Source of the DNA: a bacterium
GTDB lineage: Bacteria; Arandabacterota; Arandabacteria; Arandabacterales; JALGWA01
Reading direction: 5' to 3'
Length of the DNA stretch: 20,198 nucleotides
Assembly: GCA_050125095.1 (NCBI GenBank)
Contig: JASFEA010000047.1
Coordinates: 1 to 20,198, forward strand
The notes under the pieces: generated by a model
Databases searched by the model: none
What the model saw: only the letters and a program-made list of their open reading frames with translations
What the model was told of the DNA's origin: nothing
Shown here: in pieces, positions 1 to 7,822 of the stretch
Layout: the number at the start of each line of letters is the position of its first letter
Position numbering within the stretch: position 1 is the stretch's first letter
Translations under genes and position numbers: made by a program

Positions 1-32
1 CCCTCCTGCGCGCCCCGGGCACTCCGCCTGGG

Positions 33-61
33 ATTATACCGCATTCTTCAGTCGGATTCAA
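33..61 (-). promoter_or_regulatory. sigma70-type promoter for a gene beyond the left edge of the window
   Basis: Minus strand TTGAAT (61-56), 17-nt spacer, TATAAT (38-33); an SD-like AGGAGGG lies at 7-1, at the window edge. Confidence 0.7.
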
Positions 62-189
62 CTCACATCGAGTTCGCGGCTGGCTGGGGTATGGGCCGCA
101 GGTATATGAGGTCGTAGATTTTGCTGCGCCCGCGGACTGAGGCCTCCGCAGTGCGCGAAGTGCATCCGCCTGAAAGCGCATGCAGCGAG

Positions 190-732
190 TCATTTATTCT
201 TCAATTGCACCTCGGCCACAAACTCCTGGACGTGGCCCCGCACCCACTCTTCGTCCTCTTTGCGGACAAAGGAATCTCTCAGAATCCCTTCTTCATCTAT
301 GCTCAGTGTTGTCCTGAATTCCATGGTACTCTCGGCTCTGTAACTACTACCGCTAAGCACTACATCGTCATCGTCGACTGACACGTTACCCTCTTCAACG
401 ATTCCCCGATTGTTGAGGCTTATGAAACACACCTGGGCGAGTTTCGGATTCCAGTAAAAGTGCGTCACGCTAGCGAAATCCGCGCCTTCTGCCTCACGCG
501 TATATTTGACAGCCCTGCCGTCAAGTATGGACTCAAATAATAACGAGATCTTCAAGTCAGGGGCATCTTCGCCGACAAAGCCTCCAACCCAGTCTTTGCC
601 TAAGAAGGCCTCAAGAAACTTGAGGTGGTCGTCTAATCCTGATGAAGGCAATTCCGACGACAACAACTCCGACGACATTAGCATCATAGTTGCAGAAAAA
701 ATAAAGACCACAAACACGTGTTTCCTTCTCAT
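190..732 (-). CDS. hypothetical exported protein (about 180 aa, N-terminal signal peptide)
   Basis: ORF track gives 190..768. The ATG at 732 has a GGAGG SD just upstream and gives MRRKH followed by a hydrophobic stretch (VFVVFIFSATMMLM). The mature part looks beta-strand rich. Visibly more AT-rich than the operon. Confidence 0.7.
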   Translation of the reverse strand: MRRKHVFVVFIFSATMMLMSSELLSSELPSSGLDDHLKFLEAFLGKDWVGGFVGEDAPDLKISLLFESILDGRAVKYTREAEGADFASVTHFYWNPKLAQVCFISLNNRGIVEEGNVSVDDDDVVLSGSSYRAESTMEFRTTLSIDEEGILRDSFVRKEDEEWVRGHVQEFVAEVQLKNK

Positions 733-777
733 AGGCCGCCTCCCGCTGGATGTCATGACGTCCGCCATTCTTCAACT

Positions 778-806
778 CACATACCCAAGAATCCCAGACC
801 TGTCAA
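778..806 (-). promoter_or_regulatory. candidate sigma70 promoter of the exported-protein gene
   Basis: TTGACA (806-801), 17-nt spacer, TATGTG (783-778); the -10 element is weak. Confidence 0.45.
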
Positions 807-890
807 CGCGGCGGTATGCTCGCTGCTGCGCGCTCGAAGAAACTCGCGCTGTTTCGGCCCGCCGCCCGATGGCCTGCAAGATGCCTCCGC

Positions 891-2153
891 CTAGGGAATA
901 GACCGCATGTGAATGCAGTCTTCGATCTTGCTCCGGCCGCGGACTATGTCCTCAGCGAAGGCCTTGCAGGTGGGGGCCCCGCAGCAGCCGCAGTCAATCT
1001 GGGGAAGGCTGGCGTAGATGGTGGCTTTCTCTTTCTTCTTCTGTATGGCCTTGGAGATGTCCTTGTCCAGGGGCGGGAGAGGTCTCGGGGCGAGCTTGCG
1101 CTCGATGAAGTAGTATCCCTCGCGGTATCTGGTCACGACTTCATCCTTGTTTATGGCTGCTCTCTCCCCGTGCTTGCGCATCATGCTCAGGACAGAGCTC
1201 CGCGCCACGTACATGTTATCCACCGTGAGCGAGCCGCCGATGCACCCGCCCAGACAGGCTGAAGTCTCCACGAAGTCCACTCCCCGGAGCCTCCCGCTCT
1301 CGATGTCGTCCAGTATGCGTATGACGTCGCTAAGGCCCGACACGGCAATCCCGCGCTCCGAACCCAGAAGCCCGGTCATCTCGCCCAGCATGGACCAGCC
1401 CGCGCCGAAGCTGAACTCGCTGGATATGCACGCGTCCACCTCTTCGTCGGCGAGATTGCTTACGGCATTGAAGAGCGGTGCGTAAATGTCGGCTATTGAT
1501 ATAGCGCCGTCGATCCACGACCTCGTCCTCTCTGCGGGCTGCTTGATGGCCACTATCTTGGCCGGGCAGGGCGTTAGATAGAGGACTTCCAGGTCGTCCA
1601 TCCTGACGCCCAGCTTCTCGGACAGGTTCTCCTTGGCCTGGCGGGCCGCGATTTCCCTGGGAGCGTTCACGGGCATCAGAAGCTCGGTAAGGCCCGGGTA
1701 CCGGACCTGCACGAGCCTGACCACGGAGGGGCAGAAAGACGATATGAGAGGTCCCTGGCCTTCATACTCCTCCAGGAATATGTCTATGGCAGCGCTTATC
1801 TCCTCGCATGCCCGAGACACATCGACCACATAGTCGAAACCGATCTCCTTGAGTCCCTGGACGATGATCCTGGGGTCGATATCCAGGCCGAACTGGGAGT
1901 AGAGCACCGGGGACGCCACAGCCACTCTGTACTTGTACCTGGATGACCTGGTGAAGGGGTCGGTAAGCGGCACGATGGCCTTGGACGGGCAGGCGTCCGC
2001 GCAAGCGCCGCAGTCGATGCAGAGCTCCTCGATGATACGCACTTTGCCGCCCTTCACGCGCAGGGCCTCCGTGGGGCAGACGCGCATGCACTTCATCCTG
2101 CCGTTGCACCTGTCCTGCAGGATCTTAAGCGGATGATAGTACTTCTCTGCCAT
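891..2153 (-). CDS. sensory/regulatory-type [FeFe]-hydrogenase-like protein (group C/D-like): 2x[4Fe-4S], H-domain, C-terminal FeS domain
   Basis: N-terminal CNGRMKCMRVCP and CIDCGACADACP; divergent H-cluster motifs SSFCPSVV, TPCPAKIVA, ETSACLGGCIGG; C-terminal LPQIDCGCCGAPTCKAFA...C. Confidence 0.85.
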   Translation of the reverse strand: MAEKYYHPLKILQDRCNGRMKCMRVCPTEALRVKGGKVRIIEELCIDCGACADACPSKAIVPLTDPFTRSSRYKYRVAVASPVLYSQFGLDIDPRIIVQGLKEIGFDYVVDVSRACEEISAAIDIFLEEYEGQGPLISSFCPSVVRLVQVRYPGLTELLMPVNAPREIAARQAKENLSEKLGVRMDDLEVLYLTPCPAKIVAIKQPAERTRSWIDGAISIADIYAPLFNAVSNLADEEVDACISSEFSFGAGWSMLGEMTGLLGSERGIAVSGLSDVIRILDDIESGRLRGVDFVETSACLGGCIGGSLTVDNMYVARSSVLSMMRKHGERAAINKDEVVTRYREGYYFIERKLAPRPLPPLDKDISKAIQKKKEKATIYASLPQIDCGCCGAPTCKAFAEDIVRGRSKIEDCIHMRSIP

Positions 2154-2162
2154 ACCCTGACC

Positions 2163-2591
2163 CTAGGCGTTGATGGTGATGTCGAGCGTGGTGCCTTTCC
2201 CCACCTCGGAAGTAATATCGAACACATCCGAGTTCTTCTTTATGTTCGGAAGGCCCATGCCCGCGCCGAAACCTATCTCGCGCATCTCGGGCGTCGCCGT
2301 CGAGTAGCCCTCCTGCATTGCAAGGCTGATATCCGGAATGCCCTGCCCCTGATCGTCGAACTGGATCTTGATGGCCGCCGGCGTCGCCGAGAGCCTCACG
2401 ACTCCCCTCTCGGCATACATGGTGACATTCATCTCGGCCTCGTAACACGCGATAGCGGCCCTGCGGATCACAGTCGGATGGAAACCGATTTCCTTCAATA
2501 TGGACTTTATCTCAGTAGACACTGTCCCGGCCGAGGAGAAATCCCCGCCCGTGATATAGAACTCCTGAAAAAACAAGACTTCGTCGCTCAT
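2163..2591 (-). CDS. RsbT/RsbW-like HATPase Ser/Thr kinase (anti-sigma regulatory factor family)
   Basis: YEAEMN N-box, DDQGQGIPD G1 box, GYST, GFGAGMGLPNIK, SEVGKGT; ATGA overlap with the upstream gene. Confidence 0.9.
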   Translation of the reverse strand: MSDEVLFFQEFYITGGDFSSAGTVSTEIKSILKEIGFHPTVIRRAAIACYEAEMNVTMYAERGVVRLSATPAAIKIQFDDQGQGIPDISLAMQEGYSTATPEMREIGFGAGMGLPNIKKNSDVFDITSEVGKGTTLDITINA

Positions 2592-2947
2592 TCCCCACCC
2601 AGCTCACTGCCGATCTTAAGGCCTTTCTCCCATAGTCGGCCACAGGACTCGTACATCGAAAGAGGACTCGCGAGCAGCGGTATGCCCTTCTGTTCCGCCA
2701 GTTTCAGAGCATCGGCGTCGGGCCTCTTGCCTCTTACATATATGACACCCACCACCTCTGCCACGTGAGTCGTGATTACAGACTGCACATTGCTGAGGCC
2801 GGTCAGGAGAACCGACCCCGGATGGGTAAAGGCCAGTACGTCGCTCATGAGATCGGCGGCGCAGATTCCCGCCGCTTCTATGTCACTGAGGTTGTCGCCC
2901 ACCAGCACTTCGCACTCAAGAAGTTCACCGATTTCTTTTAGATTCAA
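2588..2947 (-). CDS. DRTGG-domain protein (HPr kinase N-terminal-like)
   Basis: AADLMSDVLAF, LLTGL, VRGKRP and YESCGRL motifs; TTG start with GGAGG SD. Confidence 0.85.
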   Translation of the reverse strand: MNLKEIGELLECEVLVGDNLSDIEAAGICAADLMSDVLAFTHPGSVLLTGLSNVQSVITTHVAEVVGVIYVRGKRPDADALKLAEQKGIPLLASPLSMYESCGRLWEKGLKIGSELGGE

Positions 2948-2951
2948 TGTG

Positions 2952-5267
2952 TCAGCCTCCGCGCTGGATGTACTTGCAGACCGCCCCTGCGGCGGCTACA
3001 CCTTCATTATATGCTTCCACTGCGGTTACAGGCGCCCGCGCGAACCCGCACACGAAGATCCCCGCTTCGGTGGTGTTCATAGGCGCCTCGAGCGGCATGG
3101 GCGTTTTAAAGAACTTGATATCGTCGAGCTCACATCCCGTGATTCCCGCAATCTCCGTATTCGCCCCGTCATGGGTATGCGCAAGTGACAGCACCAGGAT
3201 ATCGGGTTTCAGGGTAACGGCCTTGCCGTCCTTGCCCCGGGCGTCGACCTTAAGCCCCGCCGCGCCGTCCACGCTGACGTCACCATCGATTTCCACGAAC
3301 TCGACACCCTTCGCGATAGCATCGGTAAATGCGTCTTCCTCAAAACCATACACGCGTATGCCCCGGTGCAGCACCGTCACCCCGGCGTCGGGATTCGCGG
3401 TGAGGTAATGAAGCGCGTTCTCTATGGCCTCGCTGCAGCAGTACCTGCTGCAATAGGGATGTGCCTTGTCCCTCGCGCCCACGCATTGCAGCATAACCAC
3501 CTTCTTGTATCCGGTCTCCCCTCCTTCCGCCCTCGCCCTGAACTCCTTCTGGCTCATCACCCTGTCCGACTCGCCGTAGAGGAGGCCCTCCGGCTGGAAC
3601 TCACCGGCACCCGTCGCGATTATGACGGAAGAGACCTCGACCGTCTCCGCGCCCTTGCTCCCGGAGATGCCCAGGGTGTAACCCCCATCCCTGCGCTCCA
3701 CGGATTCGAGCATGGCGGATGTCATGACCTCTATTTTATCGCTTTCATTGATGGAATCGAAGAAGGCCTCAACAGCGGCGCGCTCATCGTCATCATCCCC
3801 TGCTCCTTTAAGCAATGAGCCCAACTTGCCGCCCTTCTCCACAAGCACCACCGGGACCCCCCTGCGGGCGAGCTCCGTTGCTGCGGCGAGTCCCGCGACG
3901 CCGCCACCGATCACCGCCACACTGCGGTTCCCGGCCGGCGCGCTCGCTTCCGAGCCCCGCTCCGAGGCGGCCTCAATCGCCGCTGAAAGGTCGCCCCCCG
4001 CTTTCTCCATGTCTTGCTTCCCAACGATTATAACGCCGCCGGCGGGCAGTCCCAGCACGCTCTCGAACAGGCTCTCATGGGTTCCAGGATGACATCCCAG
4101 GACGACCAGATTGTCGCCTTTCCCGACTTTCTCCGCCATGGCTTCGCGTCCCCGCTTGTAGCAGAGGAACGGGAACACTCCTTGCGCTTCAGCCTCTCCG
4201 GCATCCGAGCCCGAGAGGTCGAGCCCGTACCGGCACGCGAAGACCACGCGCTTGCCGCTGCTCCTGTCTGATGTCTCTTTCTTCTCAATGGGCCCGACGC
4301 CGCTGAGCGCCCTCGACGCGGCCGCCATGGCCTCAATCACGCCCCGCTCTTCGGTTGCCGGCCCGAATGCAGCTCCCGCGAAGTAAACGCCCCCGCCGGG
4401 GGCTACCATCTTGCCGGGCTTGAGGTCTATGAACTTGTAGCGGTTGGTCCCCAGCCCCGCCCTGCGCGCAACCGAACCGAACTCGCGTTTGGCGCGGGCG
4501 CCTACCGCAAGCACAACGAGGCCGAACTCGCGTTCGGTCTCGCCGCCGTCCGCGGCGCACTTGATCACAATATTCCCGGTCTCCGCATCCTCGGTAACGC
4601 TCTCTACGTCCCCGGCCACGAACTCCGTCCAGTCCTCGGCCATGAGCGCGGTAAGGGTCCTCTCGCCCTCTTTGCCTGCGGGGCGAAGCCCCCTGTGAAT
4701 GACCGTGACCTCAACATCGCCGATGACTTCGCGCGCCCTCGCCGCCTGCGACAGGGTGCGGGAGCAGCAGACTGTCGAGCAGAAGTTGGCCCCTATGCCC
4801 TCCTCGCGCGAGCCCACGCATTGTATGAAAGCGATGCTCTCGGGAATCTCGCCGTCAAAGGGCCTCAATATGACTCCGCCGAATGGGCCCACCGCGCTGG
4901 CGAGGCGCTCGAACTCGATGCTCGTGATTACATTGGCGCACCTCTCATAGCCGAGGTCGCGCTTGGACCGGGCATCGAAAACGTCGTTGTCGGCCGCGTA
5001 AATGATGGCGTCGGCCTCCAGCGTGATTCGTGACGACTTCTGTTCGTACACTATGGCGCAGTCGTCGCACTCGGCGAGGCAGAGGCCGCAGCCTATGCAC
5101 CTCCGGCAGCTCAGGCAGCGCGAGGCCTCCTTGAGAACCTGTTCCTCGGAAAGCCCCAGCTCAACCTCCGCGAAACTCAGGTGCCTTTCCTCTACCGGGA
5201 GCTCGGGCATCCTGGCCCTGGGCGATGGGATGTCCTTAAACTCCGGTATGAACTTGGGCTTTTTCAT
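2952..5267 (-). CDS. hdrA: HdrA-family flavoprotein, C-terminal half of an HdrL-like protein (GltD tail/ferredoxin, HdrA core, second HdrA module)
   Basis: RARMPEL..FAEVELG..EASRCLSCRRCIGCGLC; VITSIEFER, IQCVGSRE, FCSTVCC; second module VAVIGGGVAG, LQCVGARD, YCSRYCC, GIFVCG. Confidence 0.85.
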   Translation of the reverse strand: MKKPKFIPEFKDIPSPRARMPELPVEERHLSFAEVELGLSEEQVLKEASRCLSCRRCIGCGLCLAECDDCAIVYEQKSSRITLEADAIIYAADNDVFDARSKRDLGYERCANVITSIEFERLASAVGPFGGVILRPFDGEIPESIAFIQCVGSREEGIGANFCSTVCCSRTLSQAARAREVIGDVEVTVIHRGLRPAGKEGERTLTALMAEDWTEFVAGDVESVTEDAETGNIVIKCAADGGETEREFGLVVLAVGARAKREFGSVARRAGLGTNRYKFIDLKPGKMVAPGGGVYFAGAAFGPATEERGVIEAMAAASRALSGVGPIEKKETSDRSSGKRVVFACRYGLDLSGSDAGEAEAQGVFPFLCYKRGREAMAEKVGKGDNLVVLGCHPGTHESLFESVLGLPAGGVIIVGKQDMEKAGGDLSAAIEAASERGSEASAPAGNRSVAVIGGGVAGLAAATELARRGVPVVLVEKGGKLGSLLKGAGDDDDERAAVEAFFDSINESDKIEVMTSAMLESVERRDGGYTLGISGSKGAETVEVSSVIIATGAGEFQPEGLLYGESDRVMSQKEFRARAEGGETGYKKVVMLQCVGARDKAHPYCSRYCCSEAIENALHYLTANPDAGVTVLHRGIRVYGFEEDAFTDAIAKGVEFVEIDGDVSVDGAAGLKVDARGKDGKAVTLKPDILVLSLAHTHDGANTEIAGITGCELDDIKFFKTPMPLEAPMNTTEAGIFVCGFARAPVTAVEAYNEGVAAAGAVCKYIQRGG

Positions 5268-6971
5268 CTATTTGAGATACTCCTTCATGTTCTCCGCCGC
5301 CACATGGCCGGCCTGTATGGCCTCTATCACTGTGGCCGGCCCGGTGACATCGTCGCCGCCCGCGTATACCCCCTCGCGACTGGTCTCGCCCGTGCTCTCG
5401 TTGATCACGAACGAGTTCCAGCGCGATATATCGAATCCGTGATCCTCGGGCAGGAATGACAGGTCGGGCTCCTGGCTGATGGCGGGAATAATGAGGTCGG
5501 CTTCGACCGTGAACTCCGAACCCGGCACCGGCACCGGTCGCCTTCTTCCGCTGGCGTCCAGCTTGCCGAGCTCCATCCGGGTGCACTCCATCCCCACGAC
5601 TTTGCCCTTCTCGCCCAGCACCTTTATTGGAGCGGCCAGGTAATGTATCTTGACGCCCTCTTCATCCGCGCCGTCGACCTCCCAGGAGTTGGCGGGCATC
5701 TCGCGTCTCGAGCGCCTGTAGAGGATGGTGACCTCTTCGCATCCCAGCCTTATGGCCGTCCGCGCGGAGTCGATCGCGGAGTTTCCCCCGCCGATGACTA
5801 TGACCTTGTTGCCGGGCCTGGTCTTGTCGCCGAGGTTGACCGCCCTCAGGAACTTGACGCAGTCGAGGAAGCCTTCGAAGTCGTCCTCGCCGGGGACGCG
5901 GAGCTTGAGCCCCTTGTGGGCGCCGATCCCCATGAAGACGGCCTTGTATCCCTGCTTGAAGAGGTCGTCGACGGTGAAGTCCTTGCCCAAGGGGGTCTCA
6001 AGCTTGATCTCGACGCCGAGGTCCTTGATGTAGTCTATGTCATTCATGACGATGTCCCTGGGCAGCCTGTACTCGGGTATGCAGATCCAGAGCATGCCGC
6101 CCGGGACGGGGGCCTCTTCGAATATGGTGCAGCGATAGCCTTCGAGCGCCAGGTCATGCGCGACCGTGAGGCCCGCCGGGCCGGCGCCCACGATGGCCAC
6201 TTTCTTCTTCTTGTCCTTCGCGCGCCTGGGCGGGGTGAACTTGCCGGCCTTCCGGAGCTCAATCTCATAGCCCGCGACGAATCGCTTCAGGGCGTCGATA
6301 GCAATGGGCTCGTCCTGATGCCCCCTGTTGCAGGCCGTTTCGCATGGATGCGGGCATACGAGGCCGCACACCGCGGGAAGCGGGTTCTTCTCCCTGATAA
6401 CCCTTATGGCTTCCTCATACCGGCCCTGGGCTATCAGGCCGACATAGCGCCTTATGTCGATATGCACCGGGCAGCGTTCCTGGCATGCCGGCGTCTCTTT
6501 TTCGATATTGTATATTCCTCCGAACTCGCGCGGGCCGTCGAAGTCAATGGCCGTCCGCAGCATGAGGCCTTCGTTGTGAGTGTCATAGGGCTTGATGGGA
6601 CAGACCATGAGGCACTTGCCGCAGGCGGTGCATTCCTCGGTCACACGACTCGCCGACAAACTCACGCCGGCTTTTACCCTGCCGTCTTTCATCGAAACGC
6701 GGCCCAGGCCGGCGTTGGTGTAAACCTGTATATTAGGATTCGAAAGGACTTCGTTGATCATCTTCGAAGACGCGCAGATGGCCGGGAAGTCCGCAGGAGT
6801 CACCCTGTCGGCCTTAAGGAGATCTCCTCCGAGGAAGGCCGACTCCTCGACCAGGTAGACCCTGGCGCCGCCCGACGCCGCCTCCAAAGCAGACCTCAGG
6901 CCCGGACCCCCTCCCCCTACTACTATGACTTCTCTCATGTCCGCCTTGCTCTTCTCGCTGTCCTTACTCAT
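5268..6971 (-). CDS. N-terminal half of an HdrL-like protein: degenerate HdrA N-part, ferredoxin and GltD/NfnB-like NAD(P)H:FAD oxidoreductase
   Basis: VIVVGGGGPG; CTACGKCLMVCP; PACQERCP; CGLVCPHPCETAC; VAIVGAGPAG; VIGGGNSAIDSAR and YRRS (NADPH-type); AGGDDVTGP. Start placed at ATG 6971, which overlaps the mvhD stop (ATGAGTAA); the ORF track starts at 7019. Confidence 0.85.
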   Translation of the reverse strand: MSKDSEKSKADMREVIVVGGGGPGLRSALEAASGGARVYLVEESAFLGGDLLKADRVTPADFPAICASSKMINEVLSNPNIQVYTNAGLGRVSMKDGRVKAGVSLSASRVTEECTACGKCLMVCPIKPYDTHNEGLMLRTAIDFDGPREFGGIYNIEKETPACQERCPVHIDIRRYVGLIAQGRYEEAIRVIREKNPLPAVCGLVCPHPCETACNRGHQDEPIAIDALKRFVAGYEIELRKAGKFTPPRRAKDKKKKVAIVGAGPAGLTVAHDLALEGYRCTIFEEAPVPGGMLWICIPEYRLPRDIVMNDIDYIKDLGVEIKLETPLGKDFTVDDLFKQGYKAVFMGIGAHKGLKLRVPGEDDFEGFLDCVKFLRAVNLGDKTRPGNKVIVIGGGNSAIDSARTAIRLGCEEVTILYRRSRREMPANSWEVDGADEEGVKIHYLAAPIKVLGEKGKVVGMECTRMELGKLDASGRRRPVPVPGSEFTVEADLIIPAISQEPDLSFLPEDHGFDISRWNSFVINESTGETSREGVYAGGDDVTGPATVIEAIQAGHVAAENMKEYLK

Positions 6972-7752
6972 ACGCAAGTTCCGGTTCTTCGACTGCGCGC
7001 CACCTTGGCGACTTTCCATCGATGCCGTCCAGCTCCACGAGACCCATCTTCCTTAGATCCGCCATGCTGCGCACGATGATGCGCGCCGGCTGCTTCATCG
7101 CAGCCGCGAGTTCCTTTGCCGACCTCGGGCCGGCGGAGAGCCGCGCGAGTATCTCGCGGAGCCTGTATTCGTCCGTCGCGACTTCCTCCAGGAGCCTCCC
7201 CACCTCATGCCCGGTGAAGTTCTCTTCATAGAGATTGTTCTTCTCCTGGAACTCGACCAGCTTGCCGGCCACCCACCTCAGTTTCTTCCCCTCCAGCGCC
7301 GCCCTGGCCGCTTCCAGCTTTATGGTGATGTCATCTGCAGGTATGCCCTCCGGCTCGCCGATGGGCCCGAGGTCCGAGATGGCCTTCTGGAACTCGGTCG
7401 AGTACTCGACAAACTTGTTGGCTTCGGCGGCCGACATGTATCTCATGACAAGCCGGCCCGGATCTATGCCCGCGGCCTCCAGCACCTTCTTGACCAGCAT
7501 GACCCTTCCCGCGGCATGCAGATTGCCCTCGGCGTAGTGGCACTCGCCCTTCTTGCAGGCGCCCACGAACACTCCGTCACTGCCCGCGATGAATGCCTCG
7601 ATCATCATGAACGGATCCACGCGCCCCGAGCACATCACCCGGATGACGCGGATATCCGGCGGATATTGAAGCCTCGCAACCCCGGCGAGGTCTGCTGCGC
7701 TGTATGCTCACCAGCGGCAGCAGAACGCGATGATCTTAGGCTTGTAAGCCAT
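6964..7752 (-). CDS. mvhD: selenocysteine-containing MvhD-like [2Fe-2S] protein with C-terminal winged-helix domain (262 aa, Sec at codon 15)
   Basis: ATG 7752 with AAGGAG SD reads MAYKPKIIAFCCRW-TGA(7710-7708)-AYSAADLAGVARLQYPPDIRVIRVMCSGRVDP, in frame with the 224-aa ORF; GACKKGECHY; SECIS-like hairpin downstream. Confidence 0.92.
7672..7690 (-). promoter_or_regulatory. bacterial SECIS-like hairpin in mvhD
   Basis: CCTCGC-CGGGGTT-GCGAGG: perfect 6-bp stem with a G-rich loop, starting 17 nt after the in-frame TGA. Confidence 0.7.
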
Positions 7753-7822
7753 GGACCGCTCCTTCTTGCTCCTTCTTATTCCCTATCGTTTCTCTTCGTA
7801 TTCGGTTTGCTTCCTGACTCTG

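Noticed and set aside
57-190. Integron attC site after the exported-protein gene
   Set aside because: A GTTGAAT core-like sequence exists, but there is no matching RYYYAAC inverse core after the stop and no integrase in the window
807-890. Rho-independent terminator after the operon
   Set aside because: Only weak, imperfect stems and no convincing stem followed by a U-tract
3712-3731. Similarity of ATGGCGGATGTCATGAC to the sequence at 768-752 (both translate MADVMTS)
   Set aside because: Lies antisense within a coding region; most likely chance
5268-5270. Pyrrolysine codon at the HdrL junction
   Set aside because: TAG is the commonest genuine stop in this operon, an ATG with SD follows immediately, and no pyl genes are visible; kept only as a minor possibility
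5643-7079. 478-aa plus-strand ORF, and similar long antisense ORFs such as 16015..17193, 12460..13395 and 8513..9349
   Set aside because: Shadow ORFs opposite well-conserved minus-strand genes in GC-rich DNA; no recognisable motifs
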